From assembly GCA_964658305.1 (NCBI GenBank), contig OZ210884.1, forward strand, positions 2,232,001-2,296,000: a DNA stretch of 64,000 nt, written 5' to 3'. Below, in pieces: positions 1 through 13,099 of this stretch. This stretch comes from Leptogorgia sarmentosa. Taxonomy: Eukaryota. The stretch's first letter is position 1. The number at the start of each line of letters is the position of its first letter. Both the position numbers and the translations under genes were made by a program. Below the pieces are notes generated by a model, which saw only the letters and a list, made by a program, of their open reading frames with translations, was not told the DNA's origin and did no database searches.

Positions 1-208
1 ATGGTAAATTTGGTGGCGACACCATTCAAAATGGAAGCCACAGAAGCAATCAAGTCCCTTCACCTGGTATGGTATATTTGCTATTGCTATTGCTCCTGTT
101 GAGATTCCTTTGAAACAACGGGCTACCCATCATCATGCCCTTGCTCGTATTTTTATCACAGGTTTACGAAATTTTCGCTGCACATTGCTCTTGGCATGGT
201 GAAAACGC
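1..208 (+). repeat. Reference monomer (consensus except GAATAC>GAAAAC at 204) with internal sub-repeats
   Basis: Contains (TGGTA)2 at 65-74, (TTGCTA)2-TTGCTC at 78-95, (CAT)3 at 128-136, further TTGCTC at 141 and 185, and a 13-bp-period direct repeat GCATGGTGAAT..GCATGGTAAAT across the monomer junction. Confidence 0.95.
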
Positions 209-3200
209 ATGGTAAATTTGGTGCCGACACCATTCAAAATGGAAGCCACAGAAGCAATCAAGTCCCTTCACCTGGTATGGTATATTTGCTATTGCTATTG
301 CTCCTGTTGAGATTCCTTTGAAACAACGGGCTACCCATCATCATGCCCTTGCTCGTATTTTTATCACAGGTTTACGAAATTTTCGCTGCCCATTGCTCTT
401 GGCATGGTGAATACGCATGGTAAATTTGGTGGCGACACCATTCAAAATGGAAGCCACAGAAGCAATCAAGTCCCTTCACCTGGTATGGTATATTTGCTAT
501 TGCTATTGCTCCTGTTGAGATTCCTTTGAAACAACGGGCTACCCATCATCATGCCCTTGCTCGTATTTTTATCACAGGTTTACGAAATTTTCGCTGCACA
601 TTGCTCTTGGCATGGTGAATACGCATGGTAAATTTGGTCGCGACACCATTCGAAATGGAAGCCACAGAAGCAATCAAGTCCCTTCACCTGGTATGGTATA
701 TTTGCTATTGCTATTGCTCCTGTTGAGATTCCTTTGAAACAACGGGCTACCCATCATCATGCCCTTGCTCGTATTTTTATCACAGGTTTACGAACTTTTC
801 GCTGCACATTGCTCTTGGCATGGTGAATACGGATGGTAAATTTAGTGGCGACACCATTCAAAATGGAAGCCACAGAAGCAATCAAGTCCCTTCACCCGGT
901 ATGGTATATTTGCTATTGCTATTGGTCCTGTTGAGATTCCTTTGAAACAACGGGCTACCCATCATCATGCCCTTGCTCGTATTTTTATCACAGGTTTACG
1001 AAATTTTCGCTGCTCATTGCTCTTGGCACGGTGAATACGCATGGTAAATTCGGTAGCGACACCATTCAAAATGGAAGCCACAGAAGCAATCAAGTCCCTT
1101 CACCTGGTATGGTATATTTGCTATTGCTATTGCTCCTGTTGAGATTCCTTTGAAACAACGGGTTACCCATCATCATGCCCTTGCTCGTATTTTTATCACA
1201 GGTTTACGAAATTTTCGCTGCACATTGCTCTTGGCATGGTGAATACGCATGGTAAATATTGTGCCGACACCATTCAAAATGGAAGTCACAGCAGCAATCA
1301 AGTCCCTTCACCTGGTATGGTATATTTGCTATTGCTATTGCTCCTGTTGAGATTCCTTTGAAACAACGGGCCACCCATCATCATGCCCTTGCTCGTATTT
1401 TTATCGCAGGTTTACAAAATTTTCGCTGCTCATTGCTCTTGGCACGGTGAATACGCATGGTAAATTCGGTGGCGACACCATTCAAAATGGAAGCCACAGA
1501 AGCAATCAAGTCCCTTCACCTGGTATGGTATATTTGCTATTGCTATTGCTCCTGTTGAGATTCCTTTGAAACAACGGGTTACCCATCATCATGCCCTTGC
1601 TCGTATTTTTATCACAGGTTTACGAAATTTTCGCTGCACATTGCTCTTGGCATGGTGAATACGCATGGTAAATTTTGTGCCGACACCATTCAAAATGGAA
1701 GTCACAGAAGCAATCAAGTCCCTTCACCTGGTATGGTATATTTGCTATTGCTATTGCTCCTGTTGAGATTCCTTTGAAACCACGGGCTACCCATCATCAT
1801 GCCCTTGCTCGTATTTTTATCACAGGTTTACGAAATTTTCGCTGCACATTGCTCTTGGCATGGTGAATACGCATGGTAAATTTGGTGGCGACACCATTCA
1901 AAATGGAAGCCACAGAAGCAATCAAGTCCCTTCACCTGGTATGGTATATTTGCTATTGCTATTGCTCCTGTTGAGATTCCTTTGAAACAACGGGCTACCC
2001 ATGATCATGCCCTTGCTCGTATTTTTATCACAGTTTTACGAAATTTTCGCTGCACATTGCTCTTGGCATGGTGAATACGCATGGTAAATTTGGTGGCGAC
2101 ACCATTCAAAATGGAAGCCACAGAAGCAATCAAGTCCCTTCACCTGGTATGGTATATTTGCTATTGCTATTGCTCCTGTTGAGATTCCTTTGAAACAACG
2201 GGCTACCCATCATCATGCCCTTGCTCGTATTTTTATCACAGGTTACAAATTTTCGCTGCACATTGCTATTGGCATGGTGAATACGCATGGTAAATTTAGT
2301 GGCGACACCATTCAAAATGGAAGCCACAGAAGCAATCAAGTCCCTTCACCTGGTATGGTATATTTGCTATTGCTATTGCTCCTGTTGAGATTCCTTTGAA
2401 ACAACGGGCTACCCATCATCATGCCCTTGCTCGTATTTTTATCACAGGTTTACGAAATTTTCGCTGCACATTGCTCTTGGCATGGTGAATAGGCATGGTA
2501 AATTTAGTGCCGACACCATTCAAAATGGAAGCCACAGAAGCAATCAAGTCCCTTCACCTGGTATGGTATATTTGCTATTGCTATTGCTCCTGTTGAGATT
2601 CCTTTGAAACCACGGGCTACCCATCATCATGCCCTTGCTCGTATTTTTATCACAGGTTTACGAAATTTTCGCTGCACATTGCTCTTGGCATGGTGAATAC
2701 GCATGGAAAATGTGGTGGCGAAACCATTCAAAATGGAAGCCACAGAAGCAATCAAGTCCCTTCACCTGGTATGGTATATTTGCTATTGCTATTGCTCCTG
2801 TTGAGATTCCTTTGAAACCACGGGCTACCCATCATCATGCCCTTGCTCGTATTTTTATCACAGGTTTACGAAATTTTCGCTGCACATTGCTCTTGGCATG
2901 GTGAATACGCATGGTAAATTTGGTGGCGACACCATTCAAAATGGAAGCCACAGAAGCAATCAAGTCCCTTCACCTGGTATGGTATATTTGCTATTGCTAT
3001 TGCTCCTGTTGAGATTCCTTTGAAACAACGGGCTACCCATCATCATGCCCTTGCTCGTATTTTTATCACAGGTTTACGAAATTTTCGCTGCACATTGTTC
3101 TTGGCATGGTGAAAACGCATGGTAAATTTGGTGCCGACACCATTCAAAATGGAAGCCACAGAAGCAATCAAGTCCCTTCACCTGGTATGGTATATTTGCT

Positions 3201-4330
3201 ATTGCTATTGCTCCTGTTGAGATTCCTTTGAAACAACGGGCTACCCATCATCATGCCCTTGCTCGTATTTTTATCACAGGTTTACGAAATTTTCGCTGCC
3301 CATTGCTCTTGGCATGGTGAATACGCATGGTAAATTTGGTGGCGACACCATTCAAAATGGAAGCCACAGAAGCAATCAAGTCCCTTCACCTGGTATGGTA
3401 TATTTGCTATTGCTATTGCTCCTGTTGAGATTCCTTTGAAACAACGGGCTACCCATCATCATGCCCTTGCTCGTATTTTTATCACAGGTTTACGAAATTT
3501 TCGCTGCACATTGCTCTTGGCATGGTGAATACGCATGGTAAATTTGGTCGCGACACCATTCGAAATGGAAGCCACAGAAGCAATCAAGTCCCTTCACCTG
3601 GTATGGTATATTTGCTATTGCTATTGCTCCTGTTGAGATTCCTTTGAAACAACGGGCTACCCATCATCATGCCCTTGCTCGTATTTTTATCACAGGTTTA
3701 CGAACTTTTCGCTGCACATTGCTCTTGGCATGGTGAATACGGATGGTAAATTTAGTGGCGACACCATTCAAAATGGAAGCCACAGAAGCAATCAAGTCCC
3801 TTCACCCGGTATGGTATATTTGCTATTGCTATTGGTCCTGTTGAGATTCCTTTGAAACAACGGGCTACCCATCATCATGCCCTTGCTCGTATTTTTATCA
3901 CAGGTTTACGAAATTTTCGCTGCTCATTGCTCTTGGCACGGTGAATACGCATGGTAAATTCGGTAGCGACACCATTCAAAATGGAAGCCACAGAAGCAAT
4001 CAAGTCCCTTCACCTGGTATGGTATATTTGCTATTGCTATTGCTCCTGTTGAGATTCCTTTGAAACAACGGGTTACCCATCATCATGCCCTTGCTCGTAT
4101 TTTTATCACAGGTTTACGAAATTTTCGCTGCACATTGCTCTTGGCATGGTGAATACGCATGGTAAATATTGTGCCGACACCATTCAAAATGGAAGTCACA
4201 GCAGCAATCAAGTCCCTTCACCTGGTATGGTATATTTGCTATTGCTATTGCTCCTGTTGAGATTCCTTTGAAACAACGGGCCACCCATCATCATGCCCTT
4301 GCTCGTATTTTTATCGCAGGTTTACAAAAT
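200..4330 (+). repeat. Higher-order duplication: ~200-1420 repeated at ~3110-4330 (offset 2910 bp, 14 monomers)
   Basis: The same ordered variants occur in both copies: GAAAACG, GTGCCGAC, TGCCCA, GTCGCGAC, TTCGAA, GAACTTTT, GGATGG, CACCCGG, CGGTAGCG, AAATATTGTGCC, CAGCAGC. ORFs 1259 and 4169 differ by 2910. Confidence 0.9.
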
Positions 4331-7300
4331 TTTCGCTGCACATTGCTCTTGGCATGGTGAATACGCATGGTAAATTTTGTGCCGACACCATTCAATGTGG
4401 AAGCCACAGAAGCAATCAAGTCCCTTCACCTGGTATGGTATATTTGCTATTGCCATTGCTCCTGTTGAGATTCCTTTGAAACAACGGGCTACCCATCATC
4501 ATGCCCTTGCTCGTATTTTTATCACAGGTTTACGAAATTTTCGCTGCACATTGCTCTTGGCATGGTGAATACGCATGGTAAATTTGGTGGCGACACCAAT
4601 CAAAATGGATGCCACAGAAGCAATCAAATCCCTTCACTTGGTATGGTATATTTGCTATTGCTATTGCTCCTGTTGAGATTCCTTTGAAACAACGGGCTAC
4701 CCATCATCATGCCCTTGCTCGTATTTTTATCGCAGGTTTACGCAATTTTCGCTGCACATTGCTCTTGGCATGGTGAATACGCATGGTAAATTTGGTGGCG
4801 ACACAATTTCAAATGGAAGCCACAGAAGCAATCAAGTCCCTTCACCCGGTGTGGTATATTTGCTATTGCTATTGGTCCTGTTGAGATTCCTTTGAAACAA
4901 CGGGCTACCCATCATCATGCCCTTGCTCGTATTTTTATCACAGGTTTAGGAAATTTTCGCTGCTCATTGCTCTTGGCACGGTGAATACGCATGGTAAATT
5001 CGGTGGCGACACCATTCAAAATGGAAGCCACAGAAGCAATCAAGTCCCTTCACCTGGTATGGTATATTTGCTATTGCTATTGCTCCTGTTGAGATTCCTT
5101 TGAAACAACGGGTTACCCATCATCATGCCCTTGCTCGTATTTTTATCACAGGTTTACGAAATTTTCGCTGCACATTGCTCTTGGCATGGTGAATACGCAT
5201 GGTAAATTTTGTGCCGACACCATTCAAAATGGAAGTCACAGAAGCAATCAAGTCCCTTCACCTGGTATGGTATATTTGCTATTGCTATTGCTCCTGTTGA
5301 GATTCCTTTGAAACAACGGGCTACCCATCATCATGCCCTTGCTCGTATTTTTATCACAGGTTTACGAAATTTTCGCTGCACATTGCTCTTGGCGATGGTG
5401 AATACGCATGGTAAATTTGGTGGCGACACCATTCAAAATGGAAGCCACTGAAGCAATCAAGTCCCTTCACCTGGTATGGTATATTTGCTATTGCTATTGG
5501 TCCTGTTGAGATTCCTTTGAAACAACGGGCTACCCATCATCATGCCCTTGCTCGTATTTTTATCACAGGTTTACGAAATTTTCGCTGCACATTGCTCTTG
5601 GCACGGTGAATACGCATGGTAAATTTGGTGGCGACACCATTCAAAATGGAAGCCACAGAAGCAATCAAGTTCCTTCACCTGGTATGGTATATTTGCTATT
5701 GCTATTGCTCCTGTTGAGATTCCTTTGAAACAACGGGCTACCCATCATCATGCCCTTGCTCGTATTTTTATCACAGGTTTACGAAATTTTCGCTGCACAT
5801 TGCTCTTGGCATGGTGAATACGCATGGTAAATTTTGTGCCGACACCATTCAATGTGGAAACCACAGAAGCAATCAAGTCCCTTCACCTGGTATGGTATAT
5901 TTGCTATTGCTATTGCTCCTGTTGAGATTCCTTTGAAACAACGGGCTACCCATCATCATGCCCTTGCTCGTATTTTTATCACAGGTTTACGAAATTTTCG
6001 CTGCACATTGCGCATGGCACGGTGAATACGCATGGTAAATTTGGTGGCGACACCATTCAAAATGGAAGCCACAGAAGCAATCAAGTTCCTTCACCTGGTA
6101 TGGTATATTTGCTATTGCTATTGCTCCTGTTGAGATTCCTTTGAAACAACGGGCTACCCATCATCATGCCCTTGCTCGTATTTTTATCACAGGTTTACGA
6201 AATTTTCGCTGCACATTGCTCTTGGCATGGTGAATACGCATGGTAAATTTTGTGCCGACACCATTCAATGTGGAAGCCACAGAAGCAATCAAGTCCCTTC
6301 ACCTGGTATGGTATATTTGCTATTGCTATTGCTCCTGTTGAGATTCCTTTGAAACAACGGGCTACCCATCATCATGCCCTTGCTCGTATTTTTATCACAG
6401 GTTTACGAACTTTTCGCTGCACATTGCTCTTGGCATGGTGAATACGCATGGTAAATTTAGTGGCGACACCATTCAAAATGGAAGCCACAGAAGCAATCAA
6501 GTCCCTTCACCCGGTATGGTATATTTGCTATTGCTATTGGTCCTGTTGAGATTCCTTTGAAACAACGGGCTACCCATCATCATGCCCTTGCTCGTATTTT
6601 TATCACAGGTTTACGAAATTTTCGCTGCTCATTGCTCTTGGCACGGTGAATACGCATGATAAATTCGGTAGCGACACCATTCAAAATGGAAGCCACAGAA
6701 GCAATCAAGTCCCTTCACCTGGTATGGTATATTTGCTATTGCTATTGCTCCTGTTGAGATTCCTTTGAAACAACGGGTTACCCATCATCATGCCCTTGCT
6801 CGTATTTTTATCACAGGTTTACGAAATTTTCGCTGCACATTGCTCTTGGCATGGTGAATACGCATGGTAAATTTTGTGCCGACACCATTCAAAATGGAAG
6901 TCACAGAAGCAAACAAGTCCCTTCACCTGGTATGGTATATTTGCTATTGCTATTGCTCCTGTTGAGATTCCTTTGAAACAACGGGCCACCCATCATCATG
7001 CCCTTGCTCGTATTTTTATCGCAGGTTTACGAAATTTTCGCTGCACATTGCTCTTGGCATGGTGAATACGCATGGTAAATTTTGTGCCGACACCATTCAA
7101 TGTGGAAGCCACAGAAGCAATCAAGTCCCTTCACCTGGTATGGTATATTTGCTATTGCCATTGCTCCTGTTGAGATTCCTTTGAAACAACGGGCTACCCA
7201 TCATCATGCCCTTGCTCGTATTTTTATCACAGGTTTACGAAATTTTCGCTGCACATTGCTCTTGGCATGGTGAATACGCATGGTAAATTTGGTGGCGACA

Positions 7301-8930
7301 CCAATCAAAATGGATGCCACAGAAGCAATCAAGTCCCTTCACTTGGTATGGTATATTTGCTATTGCTATTGCTCCTGTTGAGATTCCTTTGAAACAACGG
7401 GCTACCCATCATCATGCCCTTGCTCGTATTTTTATCGCAGGTTTACGCAATTTTCGCTGCACATTGCTCTTGGCATGGTGAATACGCATGGTAAATTCGG
7501 TGGCGACACCATTCAAAATGGAAGCCACAGAAGCAATCAAGTCCCTTCACCTGGTATGGTATATTTGCTATTGCTATTGCTCCTGTTGAGATTCCTTTGA
7601 AACAACGGGTTACCCATCATCATGCCCTTGCTCGTATTTTTATCACAGGTTTACGAAATTTTCGCTGCACATTGCTCTTGGCATGGTGAATACGCATGGT
7701 AAATTTTGTGCCGACACCATTCAAAATGGAAGTCACAGAAGCAATCAAGTCCCTTCACCTGGTATGGTATATTTGCTATTGCTATTGCTCCTGTTGAGAT
7801 TCCTTTGAAACAACGGGCTACCCATCATCATGCCCTTGCTCGTATTTTTATCACAGGTTTACGAAATTTTCGCTGCACATTGCTCTTGGCGATGGTGAAT
7901 ACGCATGGTAAATTTGGTGGCGACACCATTCAAAATGGAAGCCACTGAAGCAATCAAGTCCCTTCACCTGGTATGGTATATTTGCTATTGCTATTGGTCC
8001 TGTTGAGATTCCTTTGAAACAACGGGCTACCCATCATCATGCCCTTGCTCGTATTTTTATCACAGGTTTACGAAATTTTCGCTGCACATTGCTCTTGGCA
8101 CGGTGAATACGCATGGTAAATTTGGTGGCGACACCATTCAAAATGGAAGCCACAGAAGCAATCAATTTCCTTCACCTGGTATGGTATATTTGCTATTGCT
8201 ATTGCTCCTGTTGAGATTCCTTTGAAACAACGGGCTACCCATCATCATGCCCTTGCTCGTATTTTTATCACAGGTTTTAGAAATTTTCGCTGCACATTGC
8301 TCTTGGCATGGTGAATACGCATGGTAAATTTTGTGCCGACACCATTCAATGTGGAAACCACAGAAGCAATCAAGTCCCTTCACCTGGTATGGTATATTTG
8401 CTATTGCTATTGCTCCTGTTGAGATTCCTTTGAAACAACGGGCTACCCATCATCATGCCCTTGCTCGTATTTTTATCACAGGTTTACGAAATTTTCGCTG
8501 CACATTGCTCATGGCACGGTGAATACGCATGGTAAATTTGGTGGCGACACCATTCAAAATGGAAGCCACAGAAGCAATCAAGTTCCTTCACCTGGTATGG
8601 TATATTTGCTATTGCTATTGCTCCTGTTGAGATTCCTTTGAAACAACGGGCTACCCATCATCATGCCCTTGCTCGTATTTTTATCACAGGTTTACGAAAT
8701 TTTCGCTGCACATTGCTCTTGGCATGGTGAATACGCATGGTAAATTTTGTGCCGACACCATTCAATGTGGAAGCCACAGAAGCAATCAAGTCCCTTCACC
8801 TGGTATGGTATATTTGCTATTGCTATTGCTCCTGTTGAGATTCCTTTGAAACAACGGGCTACCCATCATCATGCCCTTGCTCGTATTTTTATCACAGGTT
8901 TACGAAATTTTCGCTGCACATTGCTCTTGG
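3700..8930 (+). repeat. Tandem higher-order repeat: 13-mer (~3700-6400) followed by a 12-mer copy (~6405-8930)
   Basis: ORF offsets are 4377>7082 (2705), then 5209>7706, 5834>8331 and 6250>8747 (all 2497), showing that one monomer is missing near 7460. Shared variants include TGCCATT, GGATGCC, TTACGCAA, CCACTGA and GGAAACC. Confidence 0.9.
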
Positions 8931-10899
8931 CATGGTGAATACGCATGGTAAATTTGGTGGCGACACCATTCAAAATGGAAGCCACAGAAGCAATCAAGTC
9001 CCTTCACCTGGTATGGTATATTTGCTATTGCTATTGCTCCTGTGGAGATTCCTTTGAAACAACGGGCTACCCATCATCATGCCCTTGCTCGTATTTTTAT
9101 CACAGGTTTAAGAAATTTTCGCTACACATTGCTATTGGCATGGTGAATACGCATGGTAAATTTGGTGGCAACACCATTCAAAATGGAAGCCACTGAAGCA
9201 ATCAAGTCCCTTCACCTGGTATGGTATATTTGCTATTGCTATTGCTCCTGTTGAGATTCCTTTGAAACAACGGGCTACCCATCATCATGCCCTTGCTCGT
9301 ATTTTTATCACAGGTTTACGAAATTTTCGCTGCACATTGCTCTTGGCATGGTGAATACGCATGGTAAATTTGGTGGCGACACCATTCAAAATGGAAGCCA
9401 CAGAAGCAATCAAGTCCCTTCACCTGGTATGGTATATTTGCTATTGCTATTGCTCCTGTGGAGATTCCTTTGAAACAACGGGCTACCCATCATCATGCCC
9501 TTGCTCGTTTTTTTTCACAGGTTTACGACATTTTCGCTACACATTGCTCTTGGCATGGTGAATACGCATGGTAAATTTGGTGGCGACACCATTCAAAATG
9601 GAAGCCACAGAAGCAATCAAGTCCCTTCACCTGGTATGGTATATTTGCTATTGCTATTGCTCCTGTTGAGATTCCTTTGAAACAACGGGCTACCCATCAT
9701 CATGCCCTTGCTCGTATTTTTATCACAGGTTTACGAAATTTTCGCTGCACATTGCTCTTGGCATGGTGAATAGGCATGGTAAATTTGGTGGCGACACCAT
9801 TCAAAATGGAAGCCACAGAAGCAATCAAGTCCCTTCACCTGGTATGGTATATTTGCTATTGCTATTGCTCCTGTGGAGATTCCTTTGAAACAACGGGCTA
9901 CCCATCATCATGCCCTTGCTCGTATTTTTATCACAGGTTTACGACATTTTCGCTGCACATTGCTCTTGGCATGGTGAATACGCATGGTAAATTTGGTGGC
10001 GACACCATTCAAAATGGAAGCCACAGAAGCAATCAAGTCCCTTCACCTGGTATGGTATATTTGCTATTGCTATTGCTCCTGTTGAGATTCTTTGAAAAAA
10101 CGGGCTACCCATCATCATGCCCTTGCTCGTATTTTTATCACAGGTTTACGAAATTTTCGCTGCGCATTGCTCTTGGCGATGGTGAATGCGCATGGTAAAT
10201 TTGGTGGCGACACCATTCAAAATGGAAGCCACAGAAGCAATCAAGTCCATTCACCTGGTATGGTATATTTGCTATTGCTATTGCTCCTGTTGAGATTCCT
10301 TTGAAACAACGGGTTACCCATCATCATGCCCTTGCTCGTATTTTTGTCACAGGTTTACGAAATTTTCGCTGCACATTGCTCTTGGCATGGTGAATAGGCA
10401 TGGTAAATTTGATGGCGACACCATTCAAAATGGAAGCCACAGAAGCAATCAAGTCCCTTCACCTGGTATGGTATATTTGCTATTGCTATTGCTCCTGTTG
10501 AGATTCCTTTGAAACAACGGGCTACCCATCATCATGCCGTTGCTCGTATTTTTATCACAGGTTTACGAAATTTTCGCTGCATATTGCTCTTGGCAATGGT
10601 GAATACGCATGGTAAATTTGGTGGCGACACCATTCAAAATGGAAGCCACAGAAGCAATCAAGTCCCTTCACCTGGTATGGTATATTTGCTATTGCTATTG
10701 CTTCTGTTGAGATTCCTTTGAAACAACGGGCTACCCATCATCATGCCCTTGCTCGTATTTTTATCACAGGTTTACGAAATTTTCGCTGCAAATTGCTCTT
10801 GGCATGGTGAATAGGCATGGTAAATTTGGTGGCGACACCTTTCAAAATGGAAGCCACAGAAGCAATCAAGTCCCTTCACCTGGTATGGTATATTTGCTA

Positions 10900-12400
10900 T
10901 TGCTCCTGTTGAGATTCCTTTGAAACAATGGGCTACCCATCATCATGCCCTTGCTCGTATTTTTATCACACGTTTACGAAATTTTCGCTGCACATTGCTC
11001 TTGGCATGGTGAATACGCATGTTAAATTTGGTGGCGACACCATTCAAAATGGAAGCCACAGAAGCAATCAAGTCCCTTCACCTGGTATGGTATATTTGCT
11101 ATTGCTATTGCTCCTGTTGAGATTCCTTTGAAACAACGGGCTAGCCATCATCATGCCCTTGCTCGTATTTTTATCACAGGTTTACGAAATTTTCGCTGCA
11201 CCTTGCTCTTGACATGGTGAATACGCATGGTAAATTTGGTGGCGACACCATTCAAAATGGAAGCCACAGAAGCAATCAAGTCCCTTCACCTGGTATGGTA
11301 TATTTGCTATTGCTATTGCTCCTGTTGAGATTACTTTGAAACAACGGGCTACCCATCATCATGCCCTTGCTCGTATTTTTATCACAGGTTTACGAAATTT
11401 TCGCTGTACATTGCTCTTGGCATGGTGAATACGCATGGTAAATTTGGTGGCGACACCATTCAAAATGGAAGCCACAGAAGCAATCAAGTCCCTTCACCTG
11501 GTATGGTATATTTGCTATTGCTATTGCTCCTGTTGAGATTCCTTTGAAACAATGGGCTACCCATCATCATGCCCTTGCTCGTATTTTTATCACACGTTTA
11601 CGAAATTTTCGCTGCACATTGCTCTTGGCATGGTGAATACGCATGTTAAATTTGGTGGCGACACCATTCAAAATGGAAGCCACAGAAGCAATCAAGTCCC
11701 TTCACCTGGTATGGTATATTTGCTATTGCTATTGCTCCTGTTGAGATTCCTTTGAAACAACGGGCTAGCCATCATCATGCCCTTGCTCGTATTTTTATCA
11801 CAGGTTTACGAAATTTTCGCTGCACCTTGCTCTTGGCATGGTGAATACGCATGGTAAATTTGGTGGCGACACCATTCAAAATGGAAGCCACAGAAGCAAT
11901 CAAGTCCCTTCACCTGGTATGGTATATTTGCTATTGCTATTGCTCCTGTTGAGATTACTTTGAAACAACGGGCTACCCATCATCATGCCCTTGCTCGTAT
12001 TTTTATCACAGGTTTACGAAATTTTCGCTGTACATTGCTCTTGGCATGGTGAATACGCATGGTAAATTTGGTGGCGACACCATTCAAAATGGAAGCCACA
12101 GAAGCAATCAAGTCCCTTCACCTGGTATGGTATATTTGCTATTGCTATTGCTCCTGTTGAGATTCTTTTGAAACAACGGGCTAGCCATCATCATGCCCTT
12201 GCTCGTATTTTTATCACAGGTTTACGAAATTATCGCTGCACCTTGCTCTTGGCATGGTGAATACGCATGGTAAATTTGGTGGCGACACCATTCAAAATGG
12301 AAGCCACAGAAGCAATCAAGTCCCTTCACCTGGTATGGTATATTTGCTATTGCTATTGCTCCTGTTGAGATTACTTTGAAACAACGGGCTACCCATCATC
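10900..12400 (+). repeat. 3-mer higher-order repeat (624 bp), two copies plus a partial third
   Basis: The variant series ACAATGG/CACACG/GTTAAA, CTAGCC/GCACCTT and TTACTT/TGTACA repeats. ORFs 10928 and 11552 differ by 624. Confidence 0.85.
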
Positions 12401-13099
12401 ATGCCCTTGCTCGTATTTTTATCACAGGTTTACGAAATTTTCGCTGCACATTGCCCTTGGCATGGTGAATACGCATGGTAAATTTAGTGGCGACACCATT
12501 CAAAATGGAAGCCACAGAAGCAATCAAGTCCCTTCACCTGGTATGGTATATTTGCTATTGCTATTGCTCCTGTTGAGATTCCTTTGAAACAACGGGCTAC
12601 CCATCATCATGCCCTTGCTCGTATTTTTATCACAGGTTTACGAAATTTTCGCTGCTCATTGCTCTTGGCATGGTGAATACGCATTTTAAATTTGGTGGCG
12701 ACACCATTCAAAATGGAAGCCACAGAAGCAATCAAGTCCCTTCACCTGGTATGGTATATTTGCTATTGCTATTGCTCCTGTTGAGATTCCTTTGAAACAA
12801 CGGGCTACCCATCATCATGCCCTTGCTCGTATTTTTATCACAGGTTTACGAAATTTTCGCTGCACATTGCTCTTGGCATGGTGAATACGCATGGTAAATT
12901 TGGTGGCGACACCATTCAAAATGGAAGCCACAGAAGCAATCAAGTCCCTTCACCTGGTATGGTATATTTGCTATTGCTATTGCTCCTGTTGAGATTACTT
13001 TGAAACAACGGGCTACCCATCATCAAGCCCTTGCTCGTATTTTTATCACAGGTTTACGAAATTTTCGCTGCACATTGCTCTTGGCATGGTGAATACTCA

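Noticed and set aside
70..112. Poly-Leu signal-peptide-like stretch (MVYLLLLLLLLRFL)
   Set aside because: It is simply the translation of the TTGCTA hexamer repeat and is followed immediately by a stop.
107..123. CENP-B-box-like motif (CCTTTGAAACAACGGGC)
   Set aside because: In register with NTTCGNNNNANNCGGGN only CGGG and one T match. A better match needs a gap and a C>T change.
110..140. Hammerhead ribozyme or box C/D RNA on the minus strand (ATGATGA followed by a GGG-TAG-CCC stem)
   Set aside because: The core is ATGATGA rather than CTGANGA, no GAAA follows the stem, and there is no CTGA D box in the consensus.
1..208. 5S rDNA, tRNA or spliced-leader tandem gene array (length recalls the 208-bp 5S nucleosome-array unit)
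   Set aside because: I could not recognise 5S, tRNA cloverleaf, A/B-box or SL sequence on either strand. The pattern of natural variants also argues against a synthetic array. An Rfam scan would be the formal test.
1..624. Only four + strand stops per three monomers (3 TGA, 1 TAA), giving a ~207-codon frame if TGA were read as Trp
   Set aside because: The frame would read the same DNA in three phases, and frameshifting variants are tolerated. There is no evidence of an alternative code or of coding constraint.
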